DNA from: Thraustochytrium aureum
Lineage: Eukaryota
Assembly (NCBI GenBank): GCA_012862495.1
Contig: BLSG01000423.1
Coordinates: 2,175 to 34,763 of the forward strand
Direction of reading: 5' to 3'
Length of the DNA: 32,589 bases
Shown: positions 12,601 to 22,151 of the stretch, piece after piece
Position numbering within the stretch: the first letter of the stretch is position 1
Layout of the letters: every line of letters begins with the position of its first letter
The notes under the pieces: generated by a model
What the model was told of the DNA's origin: nothing
The model's database searches: none
What the model saw: only the letters and a program-made list of their open reading frames with translations
Translations under genes and position numbers: made by a program

Positions 12601-15600
12601 CGCCATCGACCTCGGGGCGTTTCAGATGACCAACAAGCTCGTGACCAGGCTGGCGCGCCAGGTGTGCGACATCGTTGACGCCGAAACCGGCTACACGCTC
12701 CTGCACCGCATCGCCGACGTCGCTCAGTTTCCGGACGCCGCCTGGTCAGTCGCCATCGCGCGCCGGCTGCTGGCCCTGAATGTAAACCCCACGGCCCGAA
12801 CGTGCAAGGGCCAAACGGCGCTCCACCTGGCCGCGCGCCGAGGCCATGTCAGCCTCGTCAAAGTTCTCGTTCGGGAGGCCGGCCTCGAGCTCACCGAGCG
12901 CGACCTAGCGGGCGACACGCCTCTCGCGGCGGCCTGCCGCGCCGGAGCGCTGAGTTCGCGGAGCCTCCTCCAAGCGCTTCTGCCGTCGGAACCAGCAGCT
13001 CGAGCAGCGCTCCTGAACAGGCCAATCACGTTCGAGATGGCGGCCAAGGCGGTCGCGGAGCGCTACTCGCTCCCTGGGGACGCAGACTCCGAAGAGGCTG
13101 ACGCTGACGCTGACGCAGATGCGCGCGCTCCCGCAGGGCGCCGCGAGGCCGACACCGCAGAGGCCTCTGTCGAAGGTCTCGTCGAAAAGCTCCGCAGGGA
13201 CCGCCTCAACGAGCGCCGGAAAGCTGCGCAGCTCGCCGAGCTCCGCCGGGCCGAGGAAGCCAAGCAGGTCGCGCGGCTCCGCGAAAAGGCCGCCGCTTTG
13301 GCCGCTGACCGTGCAGAGCAGCAAGCCGCCGCTCTCGAGCGCGAGGCGGACGCCGCGGCTGCGCGAGCCAACCTGCAGATCAAGCTCGAAGACCTCGGCG
13401 TGGAGCACCACATGGCTGCGCTCGAGGGCGCCGGCTGGGCCGCGCCTGGCGCTGCCGAGGGGCTTTCCCACGCCCACCTGCGTGAGCTCGGCGTGCAAGA
13501 CTTTGGTGAGCGCGAACGGGTCCTGAGTGCCGCTGGACAGTCCGCTCACTCGTGCAAGGCGGAGCGCTCGGCTCGTCGCCGAAAGGCCGCAATGGAGCGC
13601 GAAAGGGTCGCTGCGGCCAGCAAGATTGCTGCCGAGCTGGCTGGCGCCTCGAGCGGGGCCAGCGATGCCGATGCTAGCACGGTGACACCAACAGTTGAGG
13701 TGGCCCGCACGCCCCTGCTCGTCGCGGCTGATAACAGCATTGAGACGGCCCGAGCCGTTCTCCAGCTGGGCGCCGACCCCGAGCTTGCCGACAGCACTGG
13801 CGTCAAGCCGCTCCTGCAGGCCGTGCTGGCCAGGAACGCAAAGATGGTCAAGGTCCTCCTCGACCATGGCGCCGACCCGAACGGGGCCGCTGACCCTGCC
13901 GGCAGCGGCGCCCTCGCCCACGCCGTGGCCCGCGGCCTCAAGAACGTGACAAAGGCTTTGCTCCGCGCCTACGCGGACCCCAACGCCTGCGATGCCAAAG
14001 GCCGGGCCCCCGTCCAGGTCGCGCTGCGACGGGGCGACGAAGACATTGTCGCACTTCTCATCCGGCACTTTGCAGACCCGTTCTCCTTGGCGGCCACTGC
14101 CCCTGGCCCCAGCGCGGTCCAGCTCGCCGTTCAAGACGGCCAGTTTGCGCGAGCCCAGGCTTTGGTGCTTGCCTCGCGCTGGCGGCGCGCGCAGGGCCCG
14201 CCGCGCACGCTGGCCCTTGTGGCGTCGGCCAGCAAGTCCAGCCAGATGCGCAAGGTGGTGGCCGTGCGCATCGCGGGCGAGGTTGCGTGGCGCGTCGCCG
14301 TCGCTGTGGCCGTCGACGAGTCTACCAAGACCGCCTTCGTGGTCCCGCTGGATGCCAAGTGCAACCCGACGACGCATTTGGCCGCAGATGTCGCAAGGCA
14401 GTTACCATCAGATTGGGGGTGCAGCACCCGGACACGGTGGCGGTGCCAGTCGAGCATGTCGTGGGGCTCGACGACCCAAGTGCGGTCTCGTGGGCCGAGC
14501 TTGTGGGTGCCGGCAAGCCAGTCGGCAAGCCGAACGCCGCGCCGACGCAAGCACGTCGCCCCGTCACCTCCAACGCGAGCCGGATGTCGGATGCGGACGA
14601 GGACAGCGACCAAGAGGACTCGAGCAGCGACCAAGACGAAGACGACGACGCCAAGGCAACGCTCACGCTAGAAGGCGAAGTGGACCAAGCGCCCTCGATG
14701 CGCGGGCAGGAAGCGCGAGCGATCAAAAACGGCCTCATCAACGCCAACGCGCTGGCCGCCAAAGGCTTGACCAGTGCGTGGAAAGCCGCTACGGAGCCTC
14801 TCAAAGTTGGCCAGCCTGCCAGCGTGCAAGTGAACGAGCTAAGCTGGCTCGAGCAAGCCTTGGAGTACAGCAGCGCGACCAGCGAGCTTCTCGACCCGAA
14901 CTGGTGGGCTGCCGGCAGTTCGTTTTTCGGGAACGACGTGCTGCGTGCCATGTGCATCGTGCGAGCCGTGCACGCGAACGGGCTCTACGATGTTGACGTG
15001 GTGTGCGGCCCAATGCTGCGACGCGTCCCGCGCAGTTTACTGCGCCCCGCCACACCAGCGAGCGACTCGAGGGACGACGTGGTCGAGGTGGCGCGCCCGC
15101 TTTCCGCGCCGCGCATTGCCGCCGAGGTGGCCGAACTGTGTCGCCTTGCAGTGCGCCCGGCCGCCTGGCTGACGACCTGCAACGACCCGCAGGCACGCAC
15201 CTTGCTCGCCGTGCTCGAAGAGCTCGGCGCGCCGGCCGCTGCGGTTGCCGAAGCCCGCGCCGCAGTCAGCGCTCTGGCCAACGCGGATGCCGTCACCGAG
15301 TGCGATGCCCCGCCGCCCCCGGTGCCAGTGCTGGCCGAGCAGGTGGAGCGCGACTACGAGGAGGCCATGTGCGCGATCGAGAGCCTTGCAGACGCCAAGG
15401 CGCGCCGCGTGGCGCCGTCCGTCAATCCGGTTTGCGAGCTCCAAAGCGAAGGCCTCAGCGTGTGGGGGGGCACGGAGGAGAGCGAGGAGGGCCCCAAGCC
15501 GTTCTGGTTTGACGTCGTCCTCAACAAGGTGGACGTCAAGCACGGCCTGCACGGAATCAACGTGTTCTACAAGATGCAGATCGTGCGCGACCCGATTCAG

Positions 15601-17702
15601 GACCTCTACGTGCTCCTCACAAACTGGGGCCGCATCGGCGAGGACGGCAAGTTCCAGCAAACCCCGTTCAACAACGCCAGAGATGCCGAGGCGGAGTTCG
15701 CCAAGGTGTTTCGCGCCAAAACCGCCAATCTCTGGGCCAACCGCGCCTCCTTCGCCAAGGCACCCAAAAGTACGCACTCGTCGACACCATCCGGTACGCC
15801 TTCAACGAGGAGCACGACCCTCTTCGCCCCTTTGCACCGCCCGCGGCCGCATCCAAGCTCGCCCCGCCATCGCCAACCTCGCTGCCGCCTTCGTCTCGGA
15901 CCGCGCTCTCCGCGAGGCTGGCCGCCTCTCGGGACTCGACACGGGCTCCAACCCGCTCGGGAGGTTGCGCTACAGCGCGCTTGTCAAGGCCGAGGCCAAG
16001 CTCGACGAGGCTGCTGCCGCGCTTGAAGCCGCGGAAGCGGCGCGCAAAGCCGAGGGAGTGAGCCTCAGCGCGTACCTCGAGCTGCTCGAGGCGGTCGCGG
16101 CCCGCACCAACGAGTTCTACGAGCTCTTCCCCAAAGCNNNNNNNNNNNNNNNNNNNNNNNNNNNNNNNNNNNNNNNNNNNNNNNNNNNNNNNNNNNNNNN
16201 NNNNNNNNNNNNNNNNNNNNNNNNNNNNNNNNNNNNNNNNNNNNNNNNNNNNNNNNNNNNNNNNNNNNNNNNNNNNNNNNNNNNNNNNNNNNCCAACGAG
16301 TTCTACGAGCTCTTCCCCAAAGCAGAGAACGCCGGCGAAGCGGTGGCACCCTTTGCCTCGCGCTCGGCCATTAACGCCGAGCGCGAGGCCATTCGCGAGC
16401 TCAAGGAGCTCACGATGGCCGTTCGTCTGCGCGTCGCCGCGGCGCACCGCCAGGCCGCAGACCCCGCCGCGGTGCACCCGCTCGACTATTGCTGGGGCGC
16501 GCTGGGGCTACGCGCACAGGCCTTGGACCGCGCCTCGCCAGAGCGTCTCGCTGTGGAGACTTACTTTGCACGGACCAAAGGGCACGCCCAAGTGGTCGTC
16601 GCAAACGTTTTCCAGGCGGAACGCCCCGAGGACTTGCGGCGCATGCGTGCCAAGGGCTGGGACCGCGTCGCCACGCGCCTCCTTTGGCACGGCTCCCCGG
16701 TCGCCAACATGGTCGGCCTGGCGACACACGGCCTCCGCATCGCGCCGCCCGAGGCGCCGCGCTCGGGCCTCGCCTTTGGACGCGGCGTGTACTTTGCAGA
16801 CTGCTTCGAAAAGTCCTTCGCGTACTCGCGGGGCGAGAGCGAGCTGCGCCGCACCGCGAAAGGCGAGCAGCGCCCGCGCGTTTTTGTCCTCCTGTGCGAG
16901 GTGGCCGTCGGCGACGCGTATGAGACCCCCCATGCCGAGTACATGGAGCAGGCCAAGCCTGGTTTCCACTCGACGCTGGCGCGTGGCCGCAAAATGCCCG
17001 AGCCCCGGGGCGACGCCTGCATCGAGGCCCTCGGCAAGACGGTCGTGCCGCTCGGCGCAGTCTGCAAGCCGCGAGACGCGACGCCCGTGTGGGAGCGCGT
17101 CCGCATTCCCAAGCGCACGCGCGGGTCGTGGGGGTATGGCGGCCCAGCACACGCACCACGAAAATGTGGTTGGGAACCCGCCTGAACTGGACGCGAAAGC
17201 AAATGCCGAGATCGAGCGCGTGCGCGCCGATCCAGCCACCAAGTTCCCAGTGCGAATCCCACTTCCGCACCTCGCTGGGAACGCTGAGGTCGTGATAGCC
17301 GGGGGCCCTTTCGTGGAGCGCGCCCGCCTCTATTACGACCACGTCAAGGACTCTGCGGCGAGTTCAACAGGGCTGCGGGACGCTAGCGCTGGGCTTGACG
17401 CTGCGCCGAGCCTCCTCGACGTGCCGCGCCCTTCTGCCTCCGAGGGGCCGTCCGGGCCTGCGGGTTCGGAAGCGCCTCCGACCGCTACTCGCGAGTCGTG
17501 CGTCATCGCTCGCTCCGAGCCCTCCTCTCCGGGCGTGCAGTTCAACGAGTTTGTCGTTTACGACGAGGCGCAGGTTCGCCTTCGGTACATTGTCGAGGTC
17601 ACGCCAAAGTCGTGGGTTGCCAACAACTTCGACAACGAGGTTTGCGACCTGGTCGAGCCCCCGCAGCGCTGGTTTTCAGACCCGAAGCCAGTCTCGGCGT
17701 GA
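6693..17702 (+). CDS. Giant ankyrin-repeat poly(ADP-ribose) polymerase (PME-5/tankyrase-like: ANK-SAM-ANK-Tudor-like-WGR-PARP_reg-PARP_cat), ~3,600 aa including gaps
   Basis: Consecutive plus-strand ORFs join through single-base slips at ~9209, ~10055, ~10099, ~10761, ~14390, ~15768 and ~17162. PME-5-like N-terminal motifs: SRGGREGNNAF and HCAAINPDPRHLRRLL. Many ankyrin TPLH-type repeats, WGR at 15625-15633, regulatory domain (NPLGRL...NEFYELFP), and catalytic LLWHGS / GRGVYFAD / FNEFVVYDEAQVRLRY. Stop TGA at 17700-17702. Confidence 0.9.
8680..13020 (+). repeat. Main ankyrin-repeat array of the PARP (interrupted by gap 10807-11763)
   Basis: Recurrent ankyrin motifs: ETPLHWAARAG, LTALHLAVVSG, VTPVHEAARRG, GNSLAHYAAAYG, GVSPLHAIA, GLTPLLFAA, NLLHLAC, PLHAAARTG, GRTPLHLAV, GRTPLMMAA, GQTALHLAARRG, GDTPLAAAC, many with GADPN-type turns. 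Confidence 0.9.
13373..13534 (+). other. SAM (sterile alpha motif) domain within the PARP
   Basis: LQIKLEDLGVEHHMAALEGAGWAAPGAAEGLSHAHLRELGVQDFGERERVLSAA matches the SAM pattern L..LGL..Y...F.......L..L...DL.ELGI...G.R..IL.A. Confidence 0.7.
13700..14170 (+). repeat. Second ankyrin-repeat block (about 4-5 repeats) after the SAM domain
   Basis: RTPLLVAA...LGADPE, GVKPLLQAV...LLDHGADPN, GALAHAVARG...AYADPN, GRAPVQVALRRG...HFADPF. Confidence 0.85.
15508..15775 (+). other. WGR domain of the PARP
   Basis: FDVVLNKVDV...NVFYKMQIV...LYVLLTNWGRIGEDG...AEAEFAKVFRAKTANLW...PK(K)Y; the terminal KKY is restored by adding one A at ~15768. Confidence 0.9.
16470..17620 (+). other. PARP catalytic domain with intact H-Y-E triad
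   Basis: His in WHGS (16688-16690), Tyr in GVYFAD (16790-16792), Glu in FNEFVVY (17547-17549, after a frame slip near 17162). LLCEVAVG and VPLG are also conserved. Confidence 0.92.
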
Positions 17703-17727
17703 GCCGTCATCGGGGGGGTGAAGACAG

Positions 17728-17797
17728 TCCATTTCACCCAGGACCCCCAAGACAGGACCCTCCATTTCACCCAGGACCCCAAGACAGGACCCCCAAG
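17728..17797. repeat. Short tandem duplication (~33 bp x2 plus partial) just 3' of the PARP stop
   Basis: tccatttcacccaggacccc(c)aagacaggaccc occurs twice in tandem. Confidence 0.85.
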
Positions 17798-18648
17798 TCT
17801 CTCCAGCGCGCCGTTTCGCAGCGGCTGGCTGCCTCGGCCTCGCTGCAGCTTTATAAATAGTCGATGGAGTTCAACAATGCAGTGGTACTAGCTTGTCACA
17901 TCCATCTCCAGCTGTAGCCCCATGGGCGCTCCTCATCTCCAGCTGTAGCTCTGCGTAGACGCCTACGTATGGTTCGCCAATGGGCCTTGGGCAGCGAGCG
18001 TCACAATCGCGTCGGGCACTCGGCGTTGGGCCTTGGGCAGCGCCACAATCTTGACGAACAAGACAAGCTCGAGCTTGCAAGGGCCCAACGCCCGGATTTC
18101 ATAGATGCTGCTTGCGACAGTGTGTGTGGTCGCACACTCCGGCATGGGATCGCCCGGCACGTGCTCCTGCAGCCCAAGAAACGCGTTGCGCGAACATACG
18201 CTGGCAATACGCGCAACCAGGGCAAGTCCTCCACCGTGTCATTGTCATCAAGGAGGATGGTGTCATGAAGGAGGATGTGTCTTGCATGCAGTGCCAGGAG
18301 GATCCACTGGCTCGAGTCGCTCATCATTTGAACAATCAAGATCAAAGGGCGGCGGCACAGACGCAAAGGACGATCCTCCGAGTAGCCAGTGGCGCAATTG
18401 GCAAACGGCGCTCGCTGTTCAACGAGTTGCCACGCATGCCCATGTGATGCCATCCGAGTCCATCCACTGTGGCACGTCGAACGCGATGGCACCACTGGCA
18501 CGCACTTCAAGCTTCGTGCGTGCCAAGTGCACACCCTCATAGCCCACTCAGGCCAAGTACTACCACGTGGCTTGCAAGCGCGCCTCCCTGCACCAGCAGT
18601 CCCTCTTCGCGCCCTTCCACTTTGATCGAGATCACCAAGCGCTCCAGA

Positions 18649-20959
18649 ATGCCGCCGGCGAGCAGCAAAGACAGCACCGCCCCGCGTGGCGCTCTTGTCG
18701 AACAAGACGATGACGACGAGGTACCGAGCAACTCGAACGACGCCAACACCGCCGAGATCGTGGCGCGCCTGGCCGTCTCGCTATCCGTTAGCGTGGCAAG
18801 GGCAGTCTTGCACACGCCCGCCGACAAACTGCTGACTCGCGCTGCAGCGAGTCCACTCCTTCCGCGGCAAATCAAGGAGAAGGCCTCCGAAGCAGCAGGC
18901 CACGCCAACTTCGACTTCGCCTCGTTGGCGGAAAAGATCCTGCGCGCCTCCAGCCAGGCGCTCAAAGACCGCGGGCTGTCCCGGCCCGAGCTCGAAATGA
19001 CAGCAGAGGCCTTCGGGGTAGTGCTGCGCCTGGCGACAGAGTTCACTGGGCCGCTCGAGGGCGTTGATGCGGCCCACGTGTACGACGCGACCATGGCCTA
19101 CTACCAAATGCAAAAAGTGGTGCGGGAGGCGGAGGCAGAGGCAGCGCACGCGGCGGCCTCCTCCGCCAAACATGGGTCGCGCTCGGACGCCGCCAGAGAA
19201 ACTGGCGCCAAGGCCCGCTCCGAGATCGCTGGTCGACGCGCAACCTGTCCCGACGCGCAAGAGCTCGACAGGTACTGCCGGTTTGCCATGGCGTGCTACG
19301 GCAACCGCGGGATGAAGTTTCTCGGCATATTGTGGGAGGACGACGAGTCCAAGTGGTCCGACATCCACGCGCATGCGCTCGAGTACATGACCGGCATTGA
19401 CCCGGTTCGCGACCTTGTCGCGAGCAGCTGGCGCGCCAACTGGACGGGCAGTATCTACCGCCCTGGCCACTACCTCCTCGTCGACCATGCGTCCAAGGAA
19501 GTCATCCTCGCCATCCGCGGCTCGTACCGCGCGCAAGACGTCGTGACCGACCTCATGTGCGAGGACACCGAGTTCAACTTTCACTACGACCGCCGCGAGG
19601 ACCTTCGCAACGCGAAACGGGAGCTCGAAGAGGTCTTTGCCTCACTGAACAAGGCCGTTTCCGGCTTGGAAAGCGGCGCCCCTGACCTCACGCTTGGCGA
19701 ACTTGAAAGTAGCATGCGCGACACTACTGGATCCATCTTCGCGCAGCTCCAAGGCTGGGTGGCCAAGCAGAGTCAGCTTGTCGAGGAACAGCTCCGTCGA
19801 GCCGAAAGCTCAGCCACGACCGCAACTGCTGCATCTGAGCCTGGAGACGTCGTCGACCAAAGCGAGAGCGAAAGCGAGAACGAGGGCACCGCCAAAGGCA
19901 AGCTGGGCGCCTCTGGAGCAAAGCGCCACAGTGCAGCGCGCGCCTTGGGCGCGGCCATCTTGCCAACACAGCTCCGCAAAGCAATGAGCAAGGCGCAGCA
20001 GATCGAGGCAGAGTCCAAGTACGCTGGTTCCGGGCCTGAAAACGTGCCGCGCTCGCACCGGCGTATCAAGGGCCGCGTCCACTTTGGCTTCCTCAAGTCG
20101 GCGCAAGCGCTCGCCAGTGAGCTGGAGGACACGGTCGTGGAGACCATGCAGGCCAACAAAGGCTACAAGCTCGTACTCGTGGGCCACAGCCTCGGCGCGG
20201 CCGTCGCCACGCTGCTCACGCTCATGTGGGCGCGTCACAAGGTGCTAAAGTCGGCGCGATGCTACGTATATGCCCCGCCCTGCTCGGTCACGCGCAATGT
20301 GGCCGAGTCTGCGCTGGCCATGTCGCGCATCAAAGGCGTTGTGCTTGCGGACGACCTCGTGCCGCGCCTTTCGCTGGGATCTGCCAGCGACTTTCGCTCT
20401 GCGGTCGTTTTTTTGCGCCAAGGAGCTCATGCCGGGGGACACCAAAGGCCGCACTGTCGCCCAGTACATCAACGACGCAACCAAAGCGGGGGTCCCTGTC
20501 GAGAAGCTCGCGCCCCGCCTCCAGCCAGTTCTCGACCTCCTCCGTTCCGAGCACATGCGCCACCACAAGCTTTTTCCAGCAGGAACCCTGTGGCACATCG
20601 AGGAGGACGACGGCACGATTGCCACAGCGGTGCGCAAGCCCTGCACCGCATTCAGCGAACTGGTTCTCAGCCGCGGGATGTTTCATCCGCACCTCCCTCA
20701 GCGCTATGCGCACGCCTGTTGCGACAGGCTCCACCTCTCCGCTGTCGATGCGGCAAAGGAGCGCACCGCAGAGGCGACAAGGGAGCGTGTCGCTGCGGCA
20801 AAGGAGCGCACCGCAGAGGCGACAAGGGAGCGTGTCGCTGCAGCAAAGGAGCGCACAGCAGAGGCGACAGGGGAGCATGCCACTGCTACATCTCGCGTCA
20901 CGCAAGGCCTCAAGCGCTTGAGCCGCTCCTTGAGGCGCTCAAACGGACACTCCACCTGA
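18649..20959 (+). CDS. Class 3 lipase (sn1-diacylglycerol-lipase-like alpha/beta hydrolase); one frame slip in the T7 run at ~20408-20414
   Basis: Motifs: ILAIRGS...DVVTDL, VHFGFL, nucleophile elbow VGHSLGAA (20179-20202), YAPP, DDLVPRLS (Asp). After removing one T it continues KLFPAGTLWHI...FSELVLSRGMFHPHLPQRY (His). ATG 18649, TGA 20957-20959. Confidence 0.88.
20747..20881 (+). repeat. 45-bp x3 coding tandem repeat (AAAKERTAEATRERV) in lipase C-terminus
   Basis: Three near-identical 15-codon units read directly. Confidence 0.9.
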
Positions 20960-21605
20960 GTTCATCTAATGCTGCTTATCGCCAACAGCGTCGAGCACGA
21001 ACAAGCGGAAGGCCTTGCCAGCGGATGCAGCGCCGGCTGCGATAAACGGTTGATCCGCCTTTCGCGCTGTTGCGAGTGAACGGGGGCACAGGCGGTTCGA
21101 GCAAAAGCCTGGGCGGCACCGATGGCGACATCGCGGCGGCCATCCACGGCAGCGGTGTGGCTAACTGCCGATGCCCCCCCAACTCGAACGCGAGACCTCC
21201 TCGATCGAATGTGACGTCTACTGCCTGCTGGGCGGCGTTTGACAATAAATAACCAGAGTCATGTTGTTTCTGAGATAGTCACGTCGAGCGTAGCAGTGCT
21301 AGACGAGCAGCGCCGGCCGGCATTGCGAAAATTGGAGCACACGAGAGCTTGAGCACGAGGTGCACTGTAAACTCTACTATTCTTCTTTCAAGGGGACCCG
21401 CCGGGTGCAGCGATGTCCAGCGCGCCCTGGCATCACGAGGACAGGTGCTCGCGGAACGAAACGCTTAGAGGGTTTTCATTCTGTCGTGGGATCTCCTCGT
21501 TTAATTAAACGCGTCTCCTCGAAAGTTGTTTCGCAAATGCTCGACGAGGGCCGGCCTGCCAGTAGCCGCGGAGAGATAGCCTGACCGATTCGGCGGTGGT
21601 CGCCG

Positions 21606-22142
21606 TTGCAGAGCATAAGATCTGTGCGTGTGGCACACTTGCAGAGCCTGAGGCCGCCGGCTTTTGATTGCAATGTAGCTGAATTGCTCGAGGAATGCAC
21701 AAGCGCGCATTGCCGGACCACCCTTCGAAAGGAAAACAAGTTGGGCACCCGCAAACTCCACACGGCGCTCGAGACGCTCTACAATCACATGCCCCTCTAT
21801 CCAAACCACAACGGATGGCGGGGCCGGCCGAAAACACAACAGATGGCAGATTTCCTGAGCGACACCATCAGTACCAGAAGACTTGGCATCCGAGTCGGTC
21901 CTTGCTCCCGTTCGCTTTCTTTTGCTTACTACTACTCGAACTACTTCGCGCTCGAGCCCTACCAGTTCCGGCAGCCTCAAGAGCCACTCCCCCCGCTCGT
22001 CGTTCTCGCCTGGCCTGACGAATACACAGCGGTCACGCACGCTCGTTTCGCTCGCGCAGAGCAGACAAGCGCGCTCTCTCTCCTCGCGCTCTCTCTTGAT
22101 CTTGATCAAGAGACAAGTCGAGGGAGTCATCAGGGCAAGTGA
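21606..22142 (+). CDS. Possible hypothetical protein or degenerate coding remnant
   Basis: 178-codon open frame convergent on the next gene, starting at TTG in the track; no recognisable motif. Confidence 0.25.
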   Translation: MQSIRSVRVAHLQSLRPPAFDCNVAELLEECTSAHCRTTLRKENKLGTRKLHTALETLYNHMPLYPNHNGWRGRPKTQQMADFLSDTISTRRLGIRVGPCSRSLSFAYYYSNYFALEPYQFRQPQEPLPPLVVLAWPDEYTAVTHARFARAEQTSALSLLALSLDLDQETSRGSHQGK

Positions 22143-22151
22143 ATCGCGCAA

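Noticed and set aside
16107..16323. Exact 31-bp direct repeat (ccaacgagttctacgagctcttccccaaagc) flanking an N-gap, resembling a target-site duplication
   Set aside because: Both copies abut the gap and the protein reads continuously if they are merged; this is an unmerged contig overlap.
6456..17342. Long antisense ORFs over the PARP gene and ORFs spanning N runs
   Set aside because: Shadow frames caused by high GC3, or inflated by X residues from gaps.
17871..18450. Short overlapping ORFs and small direct repeats between the PARP and the lipase
   Set aside because: No consistent frame, start or recognisable motif on either strand; a gene cannot be supported.
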